This document shows, one piece after another, positions 1 to 17,615 of a stretch of 64,000 nt of DNA (position 1 is its first letter; every line of letters begins with the position of its first letter). Below the pieces are notes generated by a model that saw nothing but the letters and a program-made list of their open reading frames with translations, was not told the origin of the DNA and ran no database searches. The DNA is from the human T2T-CHM13v2.0 reference genome, Homo sapiens: NCBI RefSeq assembly GCF_009914755.1, contig NC_060938.1; one strand, written 5' to 3'. The position numbers and the translations under genes were made by a program.

Positions 1-358
1 TGTGAGCAACTGTTAGCTTATACAATTTTTTATGTAACAAAACATAACCAACCTTGTCCAAACAAAAAAAGATGCATTTCTATAATGCTCCCTCCATGTG
101 CTCCTGAGAGAAGACTGACACTCTGCTGAGAGGTTTATTGGTTTATCTCTGATAGAACTCAGGGGGATTCTTTTCCCTCCCACCAGCTCTTGTAAATGAT
201 GGCCTTTCAATATATACCAACTCCTGCCAGCTGTCAACAGGATGGAACAAATTATACTAGAGGGTAAAAGAAAATCTAATGATTCACAATTCAGAAATGC
301 CACTGTTCCCTTTTTATTTAAGACTTCATCAATCCCATGAAATCAACTAACTGGCTTA

Positions 359-769
<411 letters not shown>

Positions 770-943
770 TTTGGCTGAGAGTGTTAATGTATATGCAAAA
801 CAGCGCATTTGAAAGTCTCTCCTAAAAATGAGGTTTTAACCTGCTAAATTCCAACATTAGTGGAAAATTTTAATTGCTGTTTGTCCAATTCCTTTCCCTC
901 CCATATTCTCCGTGGCCAAGAATAAGCTTTAATTCCTTCAAAC

Positions 944-1167
<224 letters not shown>

Positions 1168-1976
1168 CTCCTTCAAACATTTTTACAGGGAAAAAAGTGC
1201 AAGCAAGCAAATAAGCTTGCATGCATGTTGCAAGAGTATATGTATGTGCATATGTATAAGCAAGCACGTATATGCACATGTACACAAAAAGGCACAATCG
1301 CACAACCAACCTCACAGCCCTCCTCCAGGGAGCCTTAGCCTTCCCCCCGGCCTGCGAGGCTCCCTTCTCCCGCCTCTTCAGGCACTCGCTACCTTCACCT
1401 TGCATGCTGGCCCTAATGTGATTTTTCACTGTGTTAACAAAGTGCTAGGAGCCTGCCCAGATGCCTCAGGAACTGCTAGGGGCAGTCTCTGCTCTAATTA
1501 GTCCTTAGTTCCAATACTACCTTTCCAAAAAGAGAGAAATTCTCTAAGGGGCCAGATCTTTTTTTCAAAGCCAATAAGCACTTTTTGTCTACAACCGAAC
1601 CAAACTAGGCTCATGGAAGATTCTTAGTAAAAATATTGTACATTTGCACCTTACCCTGCCTCTACCTGTAAAAGACTGGGTAAGTTAAACTGGCAAATGT
1701 GCAAACTCCACCATTTTAAATGTAAAGATGGGTGGAATCTTTATGCTGGGAATATCAGGGAGCATCTGCTCTGCTCCCTCAGCTGAGCAGCCTGATGACA
1801 GGAGTGGAGGTTTCACTAAAACCCTGGGCTCCTGACTCTGCTGCCTCAAACTGTTGTCTCTACTAACAGCAGCATCCTGCCTGCAAGTTTCCAGCTCACA
1901 CACGAGTCAAACCATAAGATCAGAGCTTCTGGGTCTGAAGAATAAATGTTAAGAGAAATGCATAAACTTTTGCAGG

Positions 1977-2365
<389 letters not shown>

Positions 2366-2619
2366 TCACAGGTCCTGCCCAGCCCCTCAGGCCTTCAGTG
2401 CCTGGCTCCTTCCAGAGGTCAGAGAGACACACCCGATGAATTCTGGAATCAAAGACAGGCATGAGTGGGGGCCCAACAGATACGGATACTCACTCTGTAT
2501 CTCTTTACACTCCAGTTTTGTCATGTGTAACATGATCAAGTTTTGAGAATTTATCCTATGGAAATCTTCAGATATATACGTAAGATTTATGAGTAAGGAG
2601 GTCACTTTGTTTTTTTTCT

Positions 2620-2938
2620 ATTTTTTTTTTTTTTTTGAGACAGGGTCTCACTCTGTTAACCAGGCAGGAGTGCAGTGGTGCGATCTCAGCTCACTGCAAA
2701 CTCCGCCTGCAGCTCACTGCAACCTCCCTGGTTCAAGCGATTCTCCTGCCTGAGCCTCCCAAGTAGCTAGGATTACAGATGCCTGCCACCACATCCAGCT
2801 AATTTTTTTTGTATTTTTAGTAGTGACGGGGTTTCGCCATGTCGGCCAGGCTGGTCTCGAACTCCTGACCTCAGGTGATCCGGCTCCCTCAGCCTCCCAA
2901 AGTGCTGGGATCACAGGCATGAGCCACCACACCTGGCC
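2620..2938 (-). mobile_element. Alu (S-like) with short internal duplication of CAGCTCACTGCAA
   Basis: Antisense Alu; repeated segment at ~2687 and ~2710. Confidence 0.88.
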
Positions 2939-3266
2939 AGGAAGATCACTTTTGATTTCCGAAACGTACAATATTCATTGAAGACCACTTGGATATGACT
3001 GAGTACCCCTGAACTAAAGCAAGAGGCCTCGAAGACTGTTTCTAAAAAAAAGTGCAACTTGGCAACAGATGTGTTACAATAAACGAGGCCCAGCCCAATG
3101 CCAGACCTTTAACCCAAGGCTGAGCCAATTCATAGACTCTATTAAGCCAAAGAGCCACCTTTCAGCTTGTACATTCACATTCACAAAATTGAACGGTGTC
3201 TCACCATATTTAATCTCTATGGTACTTTTAAATGAACACAAAGCTGCTTTAGAAATGTCGATTTTA

Positions 3267-3899
<633 letters not shown>

Positions 3900-3908
3900 T
3901 AGATTACA

Positions 3909-4204
3909 TTTTTTTTTTAAGAGACAAGGTCTCATTTTGTCACCCAGGCCGGAGTGCAGTGGTGTGATCATAGCTCACTGCCACCTCAAACTCCTGGGCT
4001 CAAAGAATCCTCCTGCCTCAACCTCTGATGTAGATGGGACCAAAGGCTCACAGGCACCATGCCCAGCTAATGTTTTAATTTTTTTGTAGAGATGGGGTAT
4101 CACCATCTTGATTAGGCTGGTCTCGAACTCCTGGGCTCAGACGATTTTCCCGCCTTGGCCTCCGAAAGTGCTGGGACTACAGGCCTGAACCACGGCACCC
4201 AACC
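3909..4204 (-). mobile_element. Alu (J-like)
   Basis: Antisense diverged Alu. Confidence 0.88.
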
Positions 4205-4623
4205 TGAACCTTTTAATAACAAAACAATCAGGACCTAGAAATTCTTATGAGCAGAATAGCAAAGAATATAGGTCTCTTTCAAAGGAAAGCTCTTAGACCA
4301 TTTTGCAAGTTACCGACTTAAGTCAACTCAGAGAAACCCACATTAAATCCTATTGCACTGAATAGCCCAGTAACTACTCAACTTCGTTCTACCAAATATT
4401 TCGAGAAGATGGACTACTTGCAACCTCTTCCCAAGTCCTGAGAGATCTGACATTATTCCATCAGGATTTCTTAGAGATTCACCAATGCCAAGAAGATGAG
4501 AGTGAAATATGGCCTCCCAGCTCTCCTGGGCAGGGGCTACTTCTCATTTCATAAATACCTTCTCATTTATGAAGGAAGAGGTAGAGCTCTGCATGAACAC
4601 AAAACATCTCAATATTTTCTTAC

Positions 4624-4762
4624 CAGAAAGTTCAAATACATCCTCCACAGCAAGGGGCACTGGCTGCCACTGTCGCTGCGCATGGCATTTTCAAACAGGG
4701 CTTGGATCCGATGCATTAAGCCGGTCTCAGGAATTGTGGCGTGGATCTCTCTACCGTCTAAC
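4624..4762 (-). CDS. NRDE2: NRDE2 exon 12 (LDGREIHATIPETG...WRMYLNFL)
   Basis: Acceptor ttgcag|G, donor CTG|GTAAGA; 139 nt; cumulative CDS 3297 nt. Confidence 0.95.
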
Positions 4763-5037
4763 CTGCAAGGCAAAGGCTCACGTGACTCTGACACAAGCTC
4801 TCTCATCCTACATCACAGAAGGAAGAGATGCCTGAGTGATGATAAGTGTCAGCAACAACCAGATCAGACAGACTCAGGGGAGAACTGTCCCTCAGGCGTA
4901 GAGCGCTGTGTATGGGGCTTCTCCAAGGCCAGGAGAAGGCACAGGCCAGAGTTCTGTGGTTTCCACACCACATCGAATCTGTCTTGAAGTCACACAAAAA
5001 CCCACTCGCCTCTGTTTTCTAAAGAAAGCTACCCTTT

Positions 5038-5351
<314 letters not shown>

Positions 5352-5605
5352 TTAATCAGCAGAATGCAAATTCTACTTTACAGGAAGAAAAGACCTTTTG
5401 ATTTATAATAGAGAAAGCAAGGCTCACATAGAGTGAACAAAATCCCAATGGAAGAAATAAAAAACAAGTGAAATATTATTCAAAGACAATTTTGGCTTAT
5501 AAGGTCAGAGTGAAGCAACAGCAAAGATTCTGGGAAAACAATGATGCCTAAGCTAATGTGTCCCCCAGATTAACATTTAACCTTTAGAGAGAAAATACTG
5601 GATCA

Positions 5606-5922
<317 letters not shown>

Positions 5923-5979
5923 TCAAAGATGGAATTTAAACATGACACTTCTGTCACTAGGAATGCTGACAGAAGCTCC

Positions 5980-6175
5980 CAGTCATTACACACTTTGTAC
6001 CAAGCACTTACCTCACTGACCCCTCAGAGAGACCCTATGAAGTAGGTTTTTCATTCCCATTTGACAGAGAGGGAGCTATGAGAGGGGAAGTGGCCTGCTC
6101 GAGTTCACCCAGCCGAGAAGAGCTGGCACTGGAATCCAGAAAGCTGCCACCTGGCCCCGGTGCTCTTAGCCATCA
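5980..6175 (-). mobile_element. MIR
   Basis: Core resembling ...CCCATTTGACAGAGAGGGAGCTATGAGAGG... Confidence 0.6.
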
Positions 6176-6486
6176 GGCTTTCGTGACGGCTTCTCAGCAT
6201 TCCCGTGATCTGACAGCCACCACCCATGCACACAGAAACAACATTCATACTCCCCAGAAGCACACCCAGGCGACAGCCACCAACCCCCCTCCTGAGAGGC
6301 GCCGCTACTTTGTGTCTCGCTTGCCTTTCAATCCGTTATCCTATGACACCTACAGCCCCACGGCAGGTGTTCTGGGCACCGTGCCATGTTCATCCCTGTC
6401 TTCCTGAGACCCAGCAAGGTCAGGGCAACACAGCAAGCATTCCATAAACATTTGCGGGGCACACGAACAGAACGGTCTGGAATTAC

Positions 6487-7415
6487 CTCTGGACAGTTTC
6501 CACCAGTCTCTTCCTCAGTTTCTCAGCTTCAATTGCAAACAACCAAGGCTCCAAGGGTTTGGCAGACCTGGTGATTGTGTCAAAAAATCTCCTGGTTTTG
6601 CTGGCACTGTGGGACTTATTCTGAATCTGTACATAGGACCTCCAAAGAACCTGGTTGCCTGGATACAACTTTAAAGCCTGTGAGAGTGCCTCTCGCAGAG
6701 GGGCCAGCGGGTAAACACTCACTTTCATGTGGAATCTCAGCAGGCTCGTGTGCATCAGTGTGATGGCTTCGAGAACACTGGTCCAACTCTGGGAGCTGGC
6801 ACTGTCCCCCTCGCCAGAGCCTTCTGGGAAAACAGAACTGTTCAGTTTTGCAAACACCTGTTCGTATATCTGCACAGCAGCATCAATCCCTATGGTCAAA
6901 TACTGGAAGAGCATGAAGCATTTAGCCAGGCTAATTAGGCGGCTACAGGAATCGGTGGGAGCTGGATTGGAGACACAGCTGTCACCCAAACAGTCCTGCA
7001 GTGCGTGCTCATAAGCCTTTCGCGCTTTCAAAATGTGAACAGCCAACACCTGTCCAGTGTAGGGCCCATAGGGGCTGCTCTCAGTCAGCTTGGTTAATAT
7101 GTGAACAGCTCGAGCTGTGGCAGCCCTTCTCACTTCTGGCGACAGCTCCACCTCCAGCTCAGCATAGAGCAGACTGAGCTCACAGAGGTCAGAGTCTTTC
7201 AGTTCTCTGCTTCCTGCCATGCCAAGTGCTGTGTCAAAAACTTTTCTGGCATCCTCCGTGTTGCCAAGCAACCACTCCAGATGTGCATACTGCTTCCACA
7301 GGCAAAAGTTGTTGCAGTTTTCTGGCTCCTTAAGGAGATTCTTGGCTAGTTTTTTGCAGTTCTTCCCTTGAGACTTTAATCTCTTCTTGTTTTTAGTGTG
7401 CAGGCACCAAATGAC
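6487..7415 (-). CDS. NRDE2: NRDE2 exon 11 (VIWCLHTKNKK...LVETVQR; HAT/TPR-like helical repeats)
   Basis: Acceptor ctgtag|GTC, donor GAG|GTAATT; 929 nt open; overlaps ORF 6483..7271. Confidence 0.96.
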
Positions 7416-7842
7416 CTACAGGGAAAAAGAGAAGAATGACTGCAGGTGCTCTGTAATTAAGGCGTCCTCTGCTGCCAACTGTAGAAAGCACTGACAGGAA
7501 AAAAGGCGTCTACGCTTCCTCCCTTTATCACGGGTCTGGTAAACACTGAGGCTCTCTGAGCTGGAAAAGAAATAAGGATTTTTACCAGGGCCACAACTGC
7601 CCCCAAATTTATAATCCAGGGTTCCAGCTGAAATCTCTATAAACAAAGCTGATACCTACAAATGTTCTTCTCCAAAGAGATGTGGCCACAACATTTCAAC
7701 ACACTATTTCAATACAGCCTGGTGTGTGTAATCTGTAGTTGAAGCTTCAGAACTTGGGTGCTAAGAGAGCCAGTACTAACTGTGGCCAGCAGAGGACAGA
7801 ACAGCTGATCCAGACTCATTTCTAGCAGAAACAGGAGGGTAA

Positions 7843-8156
<314 letters not shown>

Positions 8157-8490
8157 GCTGATCTATTTTAATAAGCCCCTGAATGCTCTGACGCTGCTTT
8201 AAAACTATTTTGAGCACTCATTGTTCATGTAAGGACGGGGACCTGGTAGTGCAAGATAATACAATAAACAGCTCGAGAGTCACTGAGGTAGCCTGACTCG
8301 TTCCTGCCTTACTCCTCTTCACTGCGGACCCTCAGAAGGGCAAACACACACAAGGTGCCTTCAGGGTCACTGGAGGAGGAGGTGCTGGGGCATAGTTCCA
8401 GGGAGAGCACTCGGAGGCTTACAATCCCATTTATAAACACTGACATGAAATGAAAAGTCCCCAAACATGGGAGGACGAGTCTGGAATTAC

Positions 8491-8877
8491 CTTTGCAATC
8501 TCATACTGTAACCAGGAGAAGCAGAGCTGGGACTTCTCTTTGCCTGAAAATAAAGGCATGACAAGGTGGAAGACATTGCGGATGAACTCCTCGCCCTCTC
8601 GGTTCTGACCCCTGGTCCAGCGAGGATAGCCCAACCTATCCATGCGGCCAACACAGCTAGCCCCAGAAAACAAAGGGTTGAAAAAAGTCAAGGGCTTTTC
8701 ATCATAAAGTCCATTATCAAAGATGCTGTTCTCATCCATGGCCAGATAAAGACAGGAGGCTGGAGGAGTAAAGCCAGAAGGCACACCCAAGAACTGCAGG
8801 AAGGCCTCCACCAGCTGGAACTGAAGATCATGGCTGGAAAGTCTGATCAAAGATTGCCCAATATCATCAAACAACAC
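8491..8877 (-). CDS. NRDE2: NRDE2 exon 10 (VLFDDIGQSL...WLQYEIAK)
   Basis: Acceptor ttgcag|GTG, donor AAG|GTAATT; 387 nt. Confidence 0.95.
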
Positions 8878-10966
8878 CTGCAACAAAGACAAAATAAAGC
8901 GACCCATGTAACAAAACAAAACCCGCACATTTGTCACAATTCTCTTTATATGCATGTACTAATGGTTCAACATTATTCAAATTAAATCAATTTTAAACAG
9001 ACAGGAGCTAAGCTCTCTGTTAGCACAAGCCAGAGGCCTTGCAAGGCAACCTGGACAGCTGGAGAATAACTGTTAGGCAGCCCTGTGGTGCCATTAACAT
9101 TTCAACACATGGGAAAGCCTGAGGAGGAGAGAAGCCATGAACGGGTTTAAGCCAGAAGCTTTCAAAGTATCCTGATGGATTTGTAGAAAATCTAGAAACA
9201 TGTTCACTTCTGAAAGCATACATAATTGCTTTTGTACTTTGATAACGCATGATGGTGAAAAATTTGTATTGTAAGATGGAAGATAAGAACTTTACTATTT
9301 GTGGTTTCCTTGTACAAAATTGCTCCAAGAAATGAAAAATATACTCAAAACTAGATAAACAGACAAAACTAGATAAACAGACTCAAGGTAAGAAGGAACC
9401 TACAGGAGCAATGGAGCACATTAAAAGCAATTATAAGAGCCTAACACTAACTGTAAATGTCTACAGCTGAGTTCATGTAATAATTTAAAAACATAAGGGC
9501 CAAGGAGGCCACCCTTTGTGTCCTGGTGCTGCTTATCTGATTGGTCTTTGTGGCTCTCAGCAAAGCGGAAATCATAACACAAGCACAATAAACTAGAGTA
9601 TGTGGGACTCAATCAAAACCATCAATTAATCAGAAAGCTGCTCTTTATGTTAAAAATAAATTAGAAAGCTTTTCTCCCCCAGGCTTTGATTACAGAAAAA
9701 GCTAAATGGCAAGAAATCGCTTGCAGCAGCAGTCTGCTCCAGAAATCTGCTTCCAGGAGACTGCTGGGACTCTAAGCCTTGAGAAATGACTTCCAGAAGG
9801 GTGGCTGTGAACTCTACAAAATCCTCAGATACCAAAGAAAGATTCCACTCTTCTGCAGACATTCAGCTTCAGCGAGGCAAGAGGCCTCCCAGGTAAGTAC
9901 CCTCTCCAAGACTTCCAGTGAGTTGAGGCTTCCCTAGAAGCTGGCCCCTTCTTCCTCCAGAGATCACCTCTGTCTCTATCCCCACTTCTCTGTGTCCTCA
10001 CTCCAGTCTGGCCACCCCATTCCCCACTCCTCAAACGCTCCTGGCACTCTGGGGCCTTCACTTGTGCTGATCCCTCTGCCCAGAGCAGATGCTCCGTCAT
10101 CAAACAAATATTCCTTCAACATCCAAGAGGATTCACCGAGTGCTCACCACAGGACAAATGCTGTTCTAGGCACTGACGTCAGAGCACTCAACAAAAGGGA
10201 TAAACTCCTTGCCTTCAGGGCGCCTCGTTTGTAGAAAAGGTCACAGAGCTCCAAGACACAGAGTTGGTATCTGGTTAAACTGGATCAATTCCAGGTATCG
10301 AGACAGCATTTCTTCATTTTAATTTAAAACCTCCAGAGCTGCTGGCCACTAAACACAGAGCAGCATGTAACAAGTCACATGGTAACAGTAAATGAGATAA
10401 CACAGATGAACTGCCTGGCACGCCACAGGTATTCAATAAACACTAGTTTCTTCTTCCGCAAGACACGCTGATGCCAACTGTCCAACATGGACCCTACGGC
10501 CAGTCCCTCTTGTCTTCTAGAGTCCAGTCTATCTGCTACAGCTTCACGGACCCAAGAGTGGGGTGGGGAAAGTGGACACAAGGAAAGAATCTAGGACAGT
10601 GATTCCGAGTTTTTTGAATAATCTGTATGTATCCCACAGGGCTCCACATGAAAAATTAACTGAATGACCTGGAAGACAATCTCCAGAGGGGTGACCACAA
10701 GGGCCCACCCACCTACTAGGGGACAGAAGCTCTCTGGTCAAGCACCTATATGCTCCCCAATCACCAGCAGCCAAGGAAATTCTACACTGATATCCAGCAG
10801 GAAGGAAGTTTCCACAGATGAGAACAGGAGCAGGTTAGCATCTCCTAAGCTAGCCAACTGCTAAGAGAGCTCCAGCGGCCTCCTTTCAGATAACCAAAGC
10901 GCATGGGAATGGAAAGCAGGCAGGGACCCCCTGGACAGCTTCCTGCCTGGGGCGGAGGATACATGC

Positions 10967-11142
10967 CTGTCTCTCGGGATCCTCACAGTCTTCCTCGGTT
11001 TGCTTCTTGGTCTTATCAGGGCGCCAGGGCCGCCAGTGCCTCTGGTCACGGGAACGCTCAGCAGCAAGCCAGATCTGCCACCTGGGCAGAGTCTTATCTT
11101 TTATTTCCTGGTCATCCTCTTCTGGTTCATCGTCATCCTCAT
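10967..11142 (-). CDS. NRDE2: NRDE2 exon 9 (DEDDDEPEED...EDPERQ)
   Basis: Acceptor gtctag|AT; GC donor CAG|GCATGT keeps frame with exon 10; 176 nt. Confidence 0.92.
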
Positions 11143-11403
11143 CTAGACAAGAATGAGACTTCTTCACCTCATCAGCAAATAAAACCACCATCGCCACTCA
11201 ATCAGCCTGCTATGTCAGGGACTGTTGGGCACCCGCAATGCCAAGATGTGTAAGAGCCATGCCAGTCTCCCAGGATACTCAGTGGCATTTAGGAACTCTT
11301 TGTAATCAATCAAGTCCTCAGGAAGCAAAGGAAGACAAGGTGATCAAATCAAATTATTTTTAATAGTATAGTGATTAAAATGGAAATGACACATACTCTA
11401 GAA

Positions 11404-11888
<485 letters not shown>

Positions 11889-12124
11889 TTTAGAATGCTA
11901 AATGACATTTGATGATGGCACTAGTTTAGATTTTCTTAAGTCATCCGAATTTTTAGCCAGGGACCGTATAATTAATTATGACCTATGCTCACTAGAACTT
12001 GCCTTTAAAAAAGCCAAATCAATATCCAATAATTTATTTCACTTTGTTTCCTAACTCTGAACATGTAGAAGGGAAGAGGAAGAAAGCCAGAGTTATCTGT
12101 AAAGTTCAAGGTTAAAAAATAAAG

Positions 12125-13545
12125 TATACAAAATGGTACAGCCACACAGGAAATCATTTTGGCAGTTTCTTACAAAACTAAACATGCACTTAGCATAACT
12201 GCACTCTTGGGCACTGATCCCAGATAAATGAAAACCTACGTTTACACAAAAACCTATATGCTAATACTCAGAAGCAGCTTCATGCATAATCGCCAACACC
12301 TGGAAACAATCCAAACATCCTTCAGTAGGTTGAACAGTTAAGCTGTGGTCCATTTACACAATGGAATACTACTCAGCAATCAACATGAACAAACCATTGA
12401 TATATGCAACAATTTGTAGGTATCTCAGGGAAGTTATGCTAAGTTAAAAAAGCCAATCTCAAAAAGTTACACAAAACACAACTGTTCCCAGGGATGTGGA
12501 CAAATCGGAAGCCTGGTGCCCTGCTGGTGGGGATGTAAAATGGTGCAGCTGCCGTCTGCTGTATGGAAAACAGCATGGCATACTAGACACAGGATTACCA
12601 TATGAGGCGATTCCACTGCTGAATATCTACCCAGGAGAACTGAAAGCAGAGTCTCAAACAGATACTGTACACCCATGTTCATAGCAGCATTATTCACAAT
12701 GGCCCAGAGGTGGAAGCAACCAAAATGTGCATTGACAAATGGATGGTATACACACATAGTGGAGAAGTGTTCGGCTTTAAAAAGGAAGGAAATCCTGGCG
12801 TGACATGGATGAACCCTGACGACACTACGCTAAGCGGAATCAGCCAGTCACAGGAGGTCAACTACTGTATGATTCCACATCCACCAGGTTCCTAACGTAG
12901 TCACATTCATAGAGACAGAAAGTAGAATGACTGCTGGGGCCTGGGGGGAGGGAGAAGTGAGGAATTTGTCTTTAATGGGTACAGACTTGGGGAAGATGAA
13001 AAAGTTGCAGAGGTCGATAGAGGTGATGGCTGCATGGCAGTGTGAATGTACTTAATGTCACTCAACTGTACACTTAAAAATGATCAATTTTATATTATAT
13101 TTTACAACTAAAAAATTTTGTTAATGTTATATACCTTATGATTCCATTTATATAACCTTCATGAGATAACAGGAAAACAGAGAGAGAACAGATTAGTGGT
13201 TCCCATGAGTTAGGAGGGGGAAGGGGCAGACGTGGCTAAGAAAGGATACTGTGAGGGAGCCCTGCAGTGATGAAACAGTCTGATCTTGATTGTGGTAGTG
13301 ATTACACAAAGCTACACACGTGACAGAAACTGCCTAGTACCATAGAAACACACACACCAATGAGTGCATGTAAAATGGTGAAATGTGAATGAACTGCAGA
13401 CTGTACCAATGTCAGTTCCCTGGTTCTGACATTATACTGTGGTACTACCACTGGAAGGAACTGGATGAAGGGTGCACAAAACCTCTGGGTACATTTTTTC
13501 TACTTCTTGTGACTCTATACTATTTCAAAATAAAACATTTTTAAA
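12125..13545 (+). mobile_element. Old L1M 3' fragments, with one L1MB-like piece (~12470-13110) nested in another
   Basis: Typical L1 3' motifs (CAATGGAATACTACTCAGCAAT; TGTTCATAGCAGCATTATTCACAAT; ACAGAAAGTAGAATG). Confidence 0.75.
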
Positions 13546-15064
13546 AACTTAAAACACATAATATGTATACGTAGTATAATAATAATATATTGTGTATATT
13601 AGCATTATAGATCATATATATTAGCATAATGTATATATTAGCATTCTATTATTCCACCAATATTCTGCCTAAATGCTCTTCTGAGTTTCTCAAAGAAGAA
13701 AACTGAATGTATTTATCACCTTCTTCTAAAGATCTATGTTTAAAGTAATCCTTTAATCACCCTGAAAAACTCTTATAAGAGAAATTACCTTTGTGAGTCA
13801 TACATCAGACTTAGATACCTGAATTTACTACATTAAGGACTCAAAAGATTACAGAGCTTTGGACACACATTCATGTATAACAACTACATACTAACAGAAA
13901 GTGAGGGCAAGAGAGAAGAAACATGCTATGATAAATGCTTGACTGCAGGATGAAATCAACTACCCTCTCAACGCTAACCTTTCAGGGTAAATAAGAGAAG
14001 TTAAAAATAAAATAAAAACAAAAATTGTTATCAATTAGGTTTGCTGGAATCAAGAAAATTTTCAGCCTTTCTTTTGACCCTTCTAGTTTTTTGGAGGACT
14101 TCCATTAAATTCATTAGAAAGAAATTCATAAATTCAGCAAGTTTCTCCATAATGGAAATGTGTGAGAAGCTTGCAGAGAATGTAAGTACCAACACAAGTC
14201 TCTAACTTGATGCTAAAAGTCAAGGTTTTGATATTCATTTGCATTCCCTTTTGGAGAAAACTAACTTTACACCTGATTTTAAGTGACCATTAGATATCTG
14301 GAAACTTATCAGAAGTAAAATTAGTCTGTGGACACTGCTATGAAAACTTTATTGTCACAGAAATGCAGAACACAGCAAACCGTGTAACAGATACTATGCA
14401 TTGTAATGGGCTCGCTCTCTAACAAAAACCAAACAAAACCAAAAAACAAAAAAACTAAGCCTAAAAACACAGACCCATGCTAAGTCAGTCACTCAGAGAG
14501 GAGAGTTACTAATCAGACTTCTGTTTTTTTGGCCTTTGCTTATGCGGTCTTGCAGACTCAGTGGCTGAGTGCAATACCTACTTCCGTTTCATGCAGGCTG
14601 TTTTTCTTCATACATAAAACCACTGGTCAGCCTGATGAATAGTTCTCATTCTTTTTGGAAAAGAACACTCCAGGGAAATCTAAACAGCTGAGACTCTGAC
14701 AGCCCCAAGTGAGGCATGATCACTGCCTGACAGCACTGCCCAGAGGAGAGTTACCCCAAAACACCTGAAGGGCCCCTCTCGCTTCTTAGTGGTAATAGAG
14801 ATGCTCCCTGGCCCGGAGCTCTGAACTGTCGTGCAAGACAATACCTAATCCAAAGTTTTCATGGTGCAAATGAATAAACAAAGAAAGGTCACACCTGTGA
14901 GAAGAGGCTCACTGAGCCTAGGCAAGGAGTCAATCTCCTGAGTCCTTGTCCATCACTCTTTCCCTATAGAACTTTCAACGAAATCATCATCTGCCTGGCA
15001 GATCTCTCTCTATGCTGGAACTGCCTTTCGGGGAGTGAAGCAGTTCCTGAATGTCTTAAGAGTT

Positions 15065-15745
<681 letters not shown>

Positions 15746-15920
15746 TATTAGAGTATAAATCTGGAAAGTATTTGGGGGTCATTTAGAGTGACAGTTATGT
15801 AAATGCTAGGTAATAATTACTTTATAATAGTCCTAAAAAGGTATTTTTCAAAGTATCTGTTGGTCTGTACACTGACAGGATAACAAAAAGACTGTCTGAA
15901 ATACACACTAAAAAAGAATG

Positions 15921-16246
<326 letters not shown>

Positions 16247-16528
16247 TTATTAACAAGATTCCTTCTTCAGTTGCAGCCTATAAAAGGAAAAAGGGAAATT
16301 ACAGAAACTTTCAAATCCTCAAAGCATTATGTACTGAAGGAATAAGTCCACTGCTTTAAAACTTCTAAGGGGAACCCATGACATCTACTTAACATTTTTG
16401 ACATTTTGATGTTTGTGCAATATTCTGAAGCTACTGATAAATAGCTTAAGCAGATAAATAATCATGAGGATGTAAAAACAAATTCCAGAAGAAACAGAAG
16501 TACACGTCTTCAATGAGAGGTGACTTAC

Positions 16529-16649
16529 CTGGGTTGATGACCACCCAGCCACCTCGTTCCTGCTGGTGCATCCACGCCTTCCAGCCTCGGGCTCCCTTCT
16601 CCCCAGCCCGGGGCTCTCCACTGTCCCAAAAGGGTTCAAAGAATTCCAC
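16529..16649 (-). CDS. NRDE2: NRDE2 exon 8 (VEFFEPFWDSGEPRAGEKGARGW...VINP)
   Basis: Acceptor gaacag|GTG, donor CAG|GTAAGT; 121 nt. Confidence 0.95.
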
Positions 16650-16825
16650 CTGTTCAGATTTTAGAATGGACGTTAGACCTCACTTGTATAAAACTGCTGA
16701 GTCAGTGGGCAAAATCCGCGCTGGTGGATATAAGAGAAGCTTATGATCCTTGAAATCATGTTTGCCATCAGTCTTTGAAGTAGATACATGCTACACACCC
16801 CAAGATAGAAAAAAGATCTATCTAG

Positions 16826-16976
16826 CGTGGCAGGCAGCTTCCAAGATAGCCCCCATGACCCTACCTCTGCCTTGTGGTTTTCACACTCGCATGTGAGCTG
16901 GACCTAGTGATTCCAACACACAAAATATGGCAAAAGTGATGGGGGGTCACTCCCGGGATTAGGTTACAAAAAGACC
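16826..16976 (+). mobile_element. MLT1-like (MaLR) LTR fragment
   Basis: GTGGCAGGCAGCTTCCAAGATAGCCCCC...GGATTAGGTTACAAAAAGAC. Confidence 0.55.
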
Positions 16977-17312
16977 AGCTGAGGTTCAGCAAGAAGGGTC
17001 TCCAGATGGGTAGGAAGGGAGTAGTTTCCTAGTTCTTATCCTGCCAGGCCAGTCTAACCAGGGACAGTGGCACTGCCAGTTCACCTAGTGTCACTGGACC
17101 CCCGAGCTAATTCCTAAAGTCATGCCGCTTTCAAGATATTTTGAGAGGAAGGTTCCAACAAGACAGACCATGAGCTACGTGACACAACCATATCTTAAGT
17201 AACTATATATTCCTAACACCTGGCACAATACTTACTGCCTAGCAGGGACTCAATAAACGCTTGTTGGCACAGATCTGAACAAGGCAGGCGACCAGGGAGT
17301 AAAAAGGTCTGC

Positions 17313-17615
17313 ATTTTTTATTTTTATTTTTGAGACAGAGTCTCGCTCTGTTGCCCAGGCTGGAGTGCAGTGGTGTGATCTTGGCTCACTGCAACCTCCA
17401 CCTCCCCGGGCTCAAGCAATTCTCCTACCTCAGCCTCCCGAGTAGCTGGGATTACAGGCATGAGCCACCACACCCAGCTAATTTTGTGTTTTTTTAGTAG
17501 AAACAGGGTTTCTCCACGTTGGTCAGGCTGGTCTCCAACTCCTGACCTCAGGTGCTCTGCCCACCTTAGCCTCCCAAAGTGCTGGGATTACAAGCCTAAA
17601 CCACCGCGCCCAGCC
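17313..17615 (-). mobile_element. Alu (S-like) with TSD AAAGGTCTGCATTTT
   Basis: Antisense Alu with 15-bp TSD. Confidence 0.92.

Noticed and set aside
1198-1285. Alternating purine-pyrimidine stretch with short palindromes
   Set aside because: Short, imperfect and AT-rich; weak Z-DNA or cruciform candidate
4496-4987. 163-aa + strand ORF antisense to exon 12
   Set aside because: No recognisable homology or transcript signals; shadow ORF
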